A stretch of 64,000 nt of DNA from Cyanobacteriota bacterium. Lineage in GTDB: Bacteria > Cyanobacteriota > Cyanobacteriia > PCC-6307 > Cyanobiaceae. Where the stretch lies: the NCBI GenBank assembly GCA_046052125.1, contig JBJOMY010000002.1, forward strand, positions 224,001-288,000. The letters run 5' to 3'. Below, piece after piece: positions 51,146 through 64,000 of the stretch; the first letter of the stretch is position 1; each line of letters opens with the position of its first letter. The notes under the pieces are model-generated. The model searched no databases. It was not told the origin of the DNA and was given only the letters and a program-made list of their open reading frames with translations. Both the position numbers and the translations under genes were made by a program.

Positions 51146-51201
51146 TGACAGGCCGGGGCGTCCGGTGAAAAAAGTCCAAACTGCAACTTAGCCAGCCGCC
51201 T

Positions 51202-51852
51202 TCACAGAACGGCTACGCAGGCCAACAGCACAAACGCCACGAGCAACACCACAGCCGTGCCCGTTCCACCGATGCGGCGCTGGTTGGCGGCCAGATCGCG
51301 GCGGTTTTCAGCCTGCTTCAGCTGCGACTCAGCCTGACCGAGCTGACGGTTCATAAAGGCCTGGGCGGCCTGTTTCTTCTGGGCCTCCGTGGCTGTGGCA
51401 GGAATCTGACCAGCCTGTTCGCCCTGGGCGATCACCTGCTCGATCACCTGAGGGTTTTCGAGCTGAGCCTTGGCCATCTCCAGCTGGCCGCGCTGAGCCA
51501 GCAGCGCCTGGTTGGCCTGATCGCTCACGGCGCGATCGCCGCTGATGGTGACGGGGATCGTGATCAGCAGAGCCAAGGCCAACAGGCCACTCAGCACACA
51601 CACAAACCAGCGCAGCGGGGTGCGACCGGGCACTGGTTCATCAAGGCGCTGACCGATCAGCATCAGCAACATGCCCACGAAGGCCATGGGCGACTGGGTG
51701 ATCAGCGTGGTGGAGAGCAGCTGGCGGAAGCTCTCCTCGCCCCAGCCGTTCACCGCCAACACCGCCAGGAGCTGGAGTCCCAGCAACACCACCAGGGTGA
51801 TGCCCAGCCAACGGAACAGGGTGCCGAAACGGCCGGTCGCTGCTGAACTCAC
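51202..51852 (-). CDS. HpsJ-like membrane protein
   Basis: Three TM helices, a Gln-rich coiled loop and a final TM. Start is uncertain (51852-51876). Confidence 0.7.
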   Translation of the reverse strand: MSSAATGRFGTLFRWLGITLVVLLGLQLLAVLAVNGWGEESFRQLLSTTLITQSPMAFVGMLLMLIGQRLDEPVPGRTPLRWFVCVLSGLLALALLITIPVTISGDRAVSDQANQALLAQRGQLEMAKAQLENPQVIEQVIAQGEQAGQIPATATEAQKKQAAQAFMNRQLGQAESQLKQAENRRDLAANQRRIGGTGTAVVLLVAFVLLACVAVL

Positions 51853-51884
51853 AGTGGTGCTGACGCAATCGCGCAATCGTAGGG

Positions 51885-52835
51885 GTGGTGGATCTAGCTG
51901 ACACCCTTAAGCAACAGGCCAGGCAACTGGGCTTTGCGGCGGTGGGTATCGCCTCCGCTGCGGGCAGTGAGCGGCTGCGGCTGCGCACAGCGGCTCTGGA
52001 GCGCTGGCTGAAAGCAGGCCATCAAGCCGACATGGCCTGGATGGCCGATCCCCGCCGGCGGGCGGTGGAAGCGCTACTGCCGGGGGTGCGCAGTGTGGTG
52101 GCGGTGGGACTGCCCTATTGGGTGGGAGCCCAGCGGGCACCTGGCAGCTTGAAAGTGGCCCGCTACGGCTGGGGCCGCGATTACCACCGGGTGATCGATG
52201 GGCGGTTGCGGGCGCTCGGCCGCTGGCTGGAGAGCCAAATACCAGGTGTGGGCTGGCGCGCCTGCGTGGACAGCGCCCCACTGCTTGATAAGGCCTGGGC
52301 GGAGGAAGCGGGCCTGGGCTGGATCGGCAAACACAGCAACCTGATCAGCCGCGAGCACGGCTCTTGGCTGCTGATTGGCCACCTGCTCACCACCGCCGAC
52401 CTCCCGGCCGACCAGCCCGCTTTACCGGCCTGCGGGGCCTGCAGTGCCTGCATCGAGACCTGCCCCACGGGCGCCATCAGCGAGCCCTTCGTGGTGGATG
52501 CGCGCCGCTGCATCGCCTTTCACACCATCGAAAACCGCGACGAGCAACTGCCTCCGCCCATCGCCGAGGGCCTGGAGGGTTGGGTGGCCGGCTGCGACAT
52601 CTGTCAGGACGTGTGTCCGTGGAATCACCGGCGCTTCGAGGGCAGTGGGGACCCCGATCTGCAGCCCCGGCCCTGGTGGCTGGATCTGCGGGCCGACGAG
52701 GCCCTGGCCTGGAGCGATGCGGACTGGGACGAGAAGCTGCGGGCCTCCGCCCTGCGCCGCATCAAACCGGCGATGTGGCGGCGGAACATTCGAGCGGCAC
52801 TGCAATCGGATGGGGCGAAACACCACGCGCCCTAG
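51885..52835 (+). CDS. queG: Epoxyqueuosine reductase
   Basis: VARYGWGRDYH, VDSAP, CGACSACIETCP and GCDICQDVCPWN. Confidence 0.95.
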   Translation: MVDLADTLKQQARQLGFAAVGIASAAGSERLRLRTAALERWLKAGHQADMAWMADPRRRAVEALLPGVRSVVAVGLPYWVGAQRAPGSLKVARYGWGRDYHRVIDGRLRALGRWLESQIPGVGWRACVDSAPLLDKAWAEEAGLGWIGKHSNLISREHGSWLLIGHLLTTADLPADQPALPACGACSACIETCPTGAISEPFVVDARRCIAFHTIENRDEQLPPPIAEGLEGWVAGCDICQDVCPWNHRRFEGSGDPDLQPRPWWLDLRADEALAWSDADWDEKLRASALRRIKPAMWRRNIRAALQSDGAKHHAP

Positions 52836-53019
52836 CCCAAGCCGGAAGCCAATGGCCCTCCAGAGCAGGGCCGGCAAACTCGGCGAGAAGACTGTCCAAG
52901 GTTCCGTGCGGTGTGTACGGAAAGGGGGATGCAACGTTCAGGGCTGAGAGCAAAGCGGTCCGAGGCGCAGCCAGCCCCAGCGCCCCTGCCTAACCTGCGG
53001 CTGTGATCGCCCTGCATCG

Positions 53020-53907
53020 ATGGCTGCGCGCTGGTGGAAGGTTCTGGCGGCGGCACCCCTGATGCTCTCGGCCCTGAGCGCAGCGCAACCGGCTCGGGCC
53101 CTGGTGCCTTACGTGGCCGTTCCAGAGGCGCGCAACCTTGAAGGGGCCGGCCTGGGCATCGCTCAGGCGGCGGCGCGCTTGCTGCGGATCGGCCAGGCCG
53201 ACGACGCCGCGCGGCTGGCGGCCCTCACCGTGCAGCTGATTCCCAACGATCCCCGCGGTTGGGTGCTGCTGGCCGAGGCGCAGCTGCGCAGCAATCAAGA
53301 CAAAGCCGCTGGCGTGTCGCTGGCCAAGGCCCGGGAACTCGACCCGCGCAATGCCGGGATCATTTTTGCCCAGGGTTCGCTGGCTCTGAAAGACAGCCGA
53401 CCGTCCGAGGCTGCCGAGCTAATCAACCAAGGCCTGAAGCTCGACGGCAAGAACGCGGGCGCCTATTTCGACCTCGGCAACGCCTATCTGCTGATGGGAA
53501 AACCGGGCGATGCACTGGGGGCCTTCGAGCGGGCTTCGGGGCTGCGCCGCGAGTTCTGGGAGGCGATCAACAACCAGGCCCTGGTGCTCTACGAGCAAAA
53601 CAAAGACGGCGAGGCGATCAAGCGCTGGCGCCGGGTGCTGGCCATCAAGGCCGCCGCGGAGCCTTCCCTGGCCCTGGCGGCGGCAATGAATGTGAAGCAG
53701 CCCGGGAATCTGGAGAGCCTGGAGCTGGCGGCCAAGGCCCTGGCCGAGGAACCCAACTACGTGCTCGAGAGCTGGCAGAAGGAGCAGCTCTGGGGTCCGC
53801 GGCTGCGTAGCGATGCAGCAAAGCTGCTGAAAGAACCCTCCCTGAAGGCCGATGTGGATCGGGCCCAGGCGAACGCCGGTGGCCACGACGACCTGGGCGA
53901 CGAATAA
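53020..53907 (+). CDS. Secreted TPR protein
   Basis: Signal peptide ending ARA and multiple TPRs (AYFDLGNA, EAINNQAL). Confidence 0.88.
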   Translation: MAARWWKVLAAAPLMLSALSAAQPARALVPYVAVPEARNLEGAGLGIAQAAARLLRIGQADDAARLAALTVQLIPNDPRGWVLLAEAQLRSNQDKAAGVSLAKARELDPRNAGIIFAQGSLALKDSRPSEAAELINQGLKLDGKNAGAYFDLGNAYLLMGKPGDALGAFERASGLRREFWEAINNQALVLYEQNKDGEAIKRWRRVLAIKAAAEPSLALAAAMNVKQPGNLESLELAAKALAEEPNYVLESWQKEQLWGPRLRSDAAKLLKEPSLKADVDRAQANAGGHDDLGDE

Positions 53908-53960
53908 GCCCGTGATCTGTAGGCTGAGCGCCACTTTCCGCCCCCCGGCCTGAGCCACGG

Positions 53961-56465
<2,505 letters not shown>

Positions 56466-56473
56466 GGGCCCGG

Positions 56474-59440
<2,967 letters not shown>

Positions 59441-59505
59441 CCGGGCGGCTCGGGAATAGGGGACTCTACGGGGATCCGCTGGGGGGCGATGGCACAGCCA
59501 ACCAA

Positions 59506-61182
59506 CTACCCAGCCCGCTTGAGCAGGCTGGCGGCATAGCTGCGGGTTTCACCGGAATCGCCGCCGGCCAGTTCCGCAAGTTCGGCTTGGCGGGCCTGAG
59601 TGTCCCGCAGTTGGGACACCTGCGTGTGGGTAGCGCCTGCGCGCACTTCCTTCGACACGCGGAAGTGATGGTCGGCCGCCGCGGCCACGAGGGGCTGGTG
59701 GGTGACGCAGAACACCTGGCGTTGCTGCGCCAAGCGCTGCAGCAACTCCGCCATGGCGCCACTGACGCGGCCGCTCACGCCGGTGTCGATTTCATCGAAC
59801 AGCAGGGTCACATGGGGATCCGCCGCGGCCAGGCAGGTTTTCAGCGCCAGCAGGAAGCGCGACATCTCACCGCCTGAGGCAACCTCCGCCAGGGGTGCCA
59901 GGGGCTGGCCGGGGTTGGCGGAGAACAGAAACTGCACTGCATCTGCACCCTCTTCCCCGGGGGTGGCCGGCTCGATCGCCACGCTGAAGCGCACGTTGGC
60001 CAACCCCATCGGGCGCAGTGCCTGCATCAGCTGCTGCTCGAGCTGCTCAGCGGCGGCGCGGCGGGCAGCGCTGAGCTGGGTATTGCAGCGGTCGCGTTGC
60101 TGCCGGGCCGCCAACTCGTCGGCTTCGAGTGCTTCGAGGCTGGCCTCCGCACCGCCAGGCGCCAACTGCTCTCGGAGCTCATCACGCCAGGCAATCAGCT
60201 CGGCAACGCTTTTGCCATGGCGGCGTTCCAGAGCTTTGAGCTGAGCGATGCGCTGCTGCAGTTGATCCAGGCTGTCGGGATCGCTCTCCAAGCCAGCGCC
60301 GTAGCGATCCAGATCGCGGGCCAGATCCTGAAGCTGGGCGAGGCCATCGCTGCAGCGGCTGGCGAGCGCCGCCACCTCAGGGTCGAGCTGCTGCATCGCC
60401 GCTAGTTCGCCCTCGCAGGCCGCCAGGTGATCCAGCACCGAAGGAGCCTCCTCGGCCCCATCCACCAGCCGGCCGATCAGAGTCATCACGCCCTCCTGAA
60501 GCCGCACACCGTGGGCCAGGCGGTTCTCCTCGCCCTCCAGCCGCTCCCGTTCAGCCGGATCCTCGAGCTGGGCTGCCTCCAGATCCGAGAGCAACTGCTC
60601 CTGGCGTTCGCGCTCCTGCTGCAGTTGCTCCCAGTTGCTCCGGGCCAGCTCAAGGGCTTGGGAAGCGGCCCGCCAATCGCGAAAGGCTTCCGCCACCACC
60701 GGCAGCTGGGCCTGCAGCAGCTCGCCAGCGAAACGGTCCAACCAACGCCGCTGTTGACCAGGGCGCGCCAGTTGCTGTGTCTGCCCCTGCACGGTGAGAT
60801 CGAGCAGCAGGGGGCGCAGTTCCTGAATCTGGCTGCGATTCACCGCCACGCCATTGAGCCGGTGCCGACTGCTGAGACGGTCCTCGCTGAGGCGCCACTC
60901 GCGGCTGAGCAGGATTTCGTCGTCGTCGGCCTCGAGCTCCTGATCCGCCAGCCAGCTCTGCAGTGGCGGCGTGAGGCTGAAGCTGGCCTCGATCACGCCA
61001 CGCTCGCTCCCCTGGCGCAGCAGGCGTGGGCCACCAGAGCCGCCCAACAGCGCATCGAGCGCATCCAACAGGATCGATTTACCGGCGCCGGTTTCACCGG
61101 TGAGAACCGTGAACCCACCGCTGAAATCAAGCTGCAGCTGCTCGATCAGGGCGATGTTCTGCAGGCGCAGTCCGGTGAGCAC
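59506..61182 (-). CDS. recN: DNA repair protein RecN
   Basis: TGETGAGKS, ASGGEMSR, FDEIDTGVSG and VTHQP. Confidence 0.98.
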   Translation of the reverse strand: MLTGLRLQNIALIEQLQLDFSGGFTVLTGETGAGKSILLDALDALLGGSGGPRLLRQGSERGVIEASFSLTPPLQSWLADQELEADDDEILLSREWRLSEDRLSSRHRLNGVAVNRSQIQELRPLLLDLTVQGQTQQLARPGQQRRWLDRFAGELLQAQLPVVAEAFRDWRAASQALELARSNWEQLQQERERQEQLLSDLEAAQLEDPAERERLEGEENRLAHGVRLQEGVMTLIGRLVDGAEEAPSVLDHLAACEGELAAMQQLDPEVAALASRCSDGLAQLQDLARDLDRYGAGLESDPDSLDQLQQRIAQLKALERRHGKSVAELIAWRDELREQLAPGGAEASLEALEADELAARQQRDRCNTQLSAARRAAAEQLEQQLMQALRPMGLANVRFSVAIEPATPGEEGADAVQFLFSANPGQPLAPLAEVASGGEMSRFLLALKTCLAAADPHVTLLFDEIDTGVSGRVSGAMAELLQRLAQQRQVFCVTHQPLVAAAADHHFRVSKEVRAGATHTQVSQLRDTQARQAELAELAGGDSGETRSYAASLLKRAG

Positions 61183-61278
61183 AGCTGGCAGCCGGTGTTG
61201 AGCCCGACCGTAGCGGCTGCGTCTTTCGTTTAGAAGAGGGACAACACTGAAAGGGCACCCGGGGCCCGAACCCGCGGT

Positions 61279-63459
61279 ATGCCAAGCACCAACAGCCCGC
61301 TGACCCCTCTGGAAGCCGCCAGCGCCGCCATGCGCCGCAACGTGATGGGCGAGATCGCTGTAGGCGAGGAGGCTGTCAAGTCCAACGCCGATCAGTCGGC
61401 CACGGCAGCAACCACAACTCGCTCAAACGAACATCCCGACTTCTGTACAGACAGCCCAGAAGTCCGAACGTGCGTCGACACACATCCCGAAAGCCAACCG
61501 ATCACGCAATCCCAGCGAGCGACTGCGCCATCCCCGCAGCCAAGGAACGCCACCACACCCCCGAACGCCGACCTCAGGGATTTCATTGAGGTCTCCGGCC
61601 TCCTGGAATACGACCCAGCCGCCATCAGCCGCATCTATGCCGGCGCCCCCCAACGCCTGATCCGGCGCATCTGGCAGACGCTGGTGCCCATCGGCCTCTA
61701 TCTACTGAGCGTGGGGATCGACTGGCTCACTCGCCGGCTCGCCAACCACGACCACGCCAGAGCCCGCGCCAAGGAAGCAGCGGATCTGGTGGCCTCCCTC
61801 GGCCCCGCCTTCATCAAGGCCGGTCAGGCCCTCTCCACCCGGCCCGACATCGTGCCCCCCCTGCTGCTGGAAGAGCTGGCGGGCCTGCAAGACCAACTGC
61901 CGGGCTTCGATTCAGCTCTGGCGATGGCCTGCATCGAGGAAGACCTCGGCGCGCCGATCGCTTCGATTTACGCCGAGCTGGAGCGCGAACCGATCTCCGC
62001 CGCCTCCCTAGGCCAGGTGCACCGCGGCGTGTTGCTCAACGGCGAGAAGGTGGCCGTGAAGGTGCAGCGGCCCGGCCTGCGCGAGCAGATCACGCTCGAT
62101 CTCTACATCGTGCGCAACATCGCCGCCTGGCTCAACCGCAACATCGGCCTAATCCGCTCCGATCTGGTGGCCCTGATCGATGAGCTGGGCAAGCGGGTGT
62201 TCGAGGAGATGGACTACTGCAACGAGGCCTCCAACGCAGAGCGTTTCGCCGAGCTGCACGCCCACAACCCCCGCATCGCCGTTCCCCGGATCCACCGGCA
62301 TGCCACCGCACGGCGGGTGCTCACGATGGAGTGGATCGATGGGGTGAAGCTCACCAACCTCGAGGCGGTGCGCCAGCTGGGCATCGACCCCGACGACATG
62401 GTGACCGTGGGGGTGAACTGCTCGCTCCAGCAGCTACTCGAGCACGGCTTTTTCCACGCTGATCCCCACCCCGGCAACCTGCTGGCCCTGGCGGATGGCC
62501 GGCTGGCCTATCTCGATTTCGGAATGATGAGCACCGTGAGCCGCGAGAGCCGCACGGGGCTGATCCAGGCGGTGGTGCACCTGGTGAACCGCAACTTCGG
62601 CAAGCTCTCCAAAGACTTCGTGAGCCTGGGCTTCCTCGCCCAGGACGTTGACCTCTCACCGATCGTGCCGGCCTTCGAGCAGGTGTTCGGCCAGGCCCTG
62701 GAGATGGGGGTGAGCCGCATGGATTTCAAGGCCGTCACCGACGACCTCAGCGGCGTGATGTATCGCTTCCCCTTCCAGGTGCCGCCCTACTACGCCCTGA
62801 TCATCCGCTCACTGGTGACCCTCGAAGGCATCGCCCTGAGCGTGGATCCCGAGTTCAAAATCCTCGGCGCTGCCTATCCCTATTTCGCCCGCCGGTTGAT
62901 GGAAGACCCCGATCCCCAGTTGCGCAACAGCCTCAAGGAGATGTTGTTCGACGGCGAGATCTTCCGCTGGCAGCGGCTCGACAACCTAATCAGCAGTGCC
63001 GCCAGCGGCAGCCAGCTGGATCTCGATGGCCTGCTGGATCAGGTGCTCGATTTCCTGTTCTCCCCCAACGCCGGCCTCCTGCGCGGGCAGCTGGTGGAAG
63101 CGGCGGTGAATCAGATGGATGCCCTGGGCTGGCAAACCACCCTGCGCATCACGCAGCGGCTGCCACGGCTGCTGCGCCCCCCCGGCCTGCGCGATGCCCA
63201 GCCGCTGAGCGCCAACGACGCCGAGCTGCTCTCGCTCGAGCCGATCCAACGGCTCGTGGCGATCCTGGGCCAGCTGCCTGGTTTCGATCCCCAACTCCTG
63301 CTGAAGCGGGTGCCGCGGCTGCTGCGGGAAACGGAGCTGCGCCGCATGGGGACGGAACTGGCCCGCGGACTGGCAGAGCGGGGTGTGGTGCACCTGGTGC
63401 GGGATGTGTTGGTGGGGGCTGATCGCAGCCGCCGGACTGCGTTGCAACAACCCGCCTAA
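61279..63459 (+). CDS. ABC1/AarF/UbiB-family atypical kinase with N-terminal extension
   Basis: LGPAFIKAGQ, AASLGQV, VAVKVQRP, HADPHPGN and DFG. Start is uncertain. Confidence 0.92.
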   Translation: MPSTNSPLTPLEAASAAMRRNVMGEIAVGEEAVKSNADQSATAATTTRSNEHPDFCTDSPEVRTCVDTHPESQPITQSQRATAPSPQPRNATTPPNADLRDFIEVSGLLEYDPAAISRIYAGAPQRLIRRIWQTLVPIGLYLLSVGIDWLTRRLANHDHARARAKEAADLVASLGPAFIKAGQALSTRPDIVPPLLLEELAGLQDQLPGFDSALAMACIEEDLGAPIASIYAELEREPISAASLGQVHRGVLLNGEKVAVKVQRPGLREQITLDLYIVRNIAAWLNRNIGLIRSDLVALIDELGKRVFEEMDYCNEASNAERFAELHAHNPRIAVPRIHRHATARRVLTMEWIDGVKLTNLEAVRQLGIDPDDMVTVGVNCSLQQLLEHGFFHADPHPGNLLALADGRLAYLDFGMMSTVSRESRTGLIQAVVHLVNRNFGKLSKDFVSLGFLAQDVDLSPIVPAFEQVFGQALEMGVSRMDFKAVTDDLSGVMYRFPFQVPPYYALIIRSLVTLEGIALSVDPEFKILGAAYPYFARRLMEDPDPQLRNSLKEMLFDGEIFRWQRLDNLISSAASGSQLDLDGLLDQVLDFLFSPNAGLLRGQLVEAAVNQMDALGWQTTLRITQRLPRLLRPPGLRDAQPLSANDAELLSLEPIQRLVAILGQLPGFDPQLLLKRVPRLLRETELRRMGTELARGLAERGVVHLVRDVLVGADRSRRTALQQPA

Positions 63460-63490
63460 GGTCGGGCTCAGCTTGATCCTCGGCACCCCC

Positions 63491-64000
63491 ATGGCTACAC
63501 GCAAGCGTCAGCGTTTGGTTGCCGCACTGCTGGGCCTGGGCCTGATCGGCGGCTCGCCAGCCACATGGGCCGCCGAAAACGTGGTGTTCGTGACCGGTGC
63601 GTTCCGGCGATCGATCGCCGTGTCCGATCTCACCTACCTCGCTGAGTCCGGCAAGGCTCGAGGGCTGATCTCGGATGTGCTTGCCATCGCCAAGCAGAAG
63701 CCTGAAGAGGTGAGCAAGCTGCTGAAGGCTGAGCTCTCTCTACCGCTGCTGCTCACCAGCCGTTTGCTGAGCACCCGCCTGGGTGAAGCCGTCCTGGCCC
63801 GGGTGGCGCAGATCATCTACCCACTGAATGCCAAAAAGGTGGGCATCCCAGCCCTGCGGGCCGGCGTGATCAATGCCCTGGCGGCCACCGACGGCAAGCT
63901 CAGCGCCATCAGCTTCCTCAAGGCCTATCCGGTGGATGAGATGGAAGTGAGCATTCCGGCCCTGCTGGCGGTGCTGCAGAAGGCCAAATCCGTGAGTGAG
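63491..64000 (+). CDS. DUF1400 alpha/beta-hydrolase-associated protein (3'-truncated by the window edge)
   Basis: Manual translation MATRKRQRLVAALLGLG...AAENVVFVTGAFRRSIAV...PALRAGVI...FLKAYP, open to the end of the window. Confidence 0.8.
   Translation, partial: MATRKRQRLVAALLGLGLIGGSPATWAAENVVFVTGAFRRSIAVSDLTYLAESGKARGLISDVLAIAKQKPEEVSKLLKAELSLPLLLTSRLLSTRLGEAVLARVAQIIYPLNAKKVGIPALRAGVINALAATDGKLSAISFLKAYPVDEMEVSIPALLAVLQKAKSVSE

Noticed and set aside
59441..61278. LexA boxes upstream of uvrA or recN
   Set aside because: No GTAC-N4-GTWC-like site is visible in 59441-59505 or 61183-61278.

Overview
A GC-rich picocyanobacterial chromosome segment (Synechococcus/Cyanobium-like, inferred from gene content and order). 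It corresponds to the conserved core arm that lies next to the dnaN/origin region in marine Synechococcus and Prochlorococcus. Gene order: clpP-clpX-LRAT-dnaX, mgdA-like GT2, spoIID, rpmI-rplT-ycf37, thiG-psb34-sqdB-sqdX, mrdA, guaA, cbiD, a class V aminotransferase, tRNA-Gly(CCC), a 6-kb cluster of small or unknown genes with a SNF2 helicase and an HNH nuclease, pdxA, accB-efp, cyclophilin-thiL, gap2, murC-murB-ybaB, rsgA-tusA-dnaJ-grpE, pilB-pilT-pilC, dusA, rbp, argH, PP2C-ftsY-nusB, queG, a gyrA paralogue, uvrA-recN, an ABC1 kinase and a DUF1400 gene. I saw no transposase, integrase, prophage, CRISPR array or recognisable defence system. The best candidate for an undescribed system is a 77-aa single-pass membrane protein (24848-25081). 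Its promoter has a perfect TTGACA -35, and its -10 lies inside a cyanobacterial LexA-box-like site. It sits next to the HNH nuclease and the HARP-like SNF2 helicase, which suggests a DNA-damage module, possibly with an SOS division inhibitor. Other notable observations are an apparent inversion breakpoint between gyrA and uvrA, a shared palindromic motif inside atypical in-frame segments of ftsY and the ABC1 kinase, two divergent genes whose start codons overlap, and a probable CTG-initiated lipoprotein. All calls come from reading the sequence and recalling families; no database searches were run.
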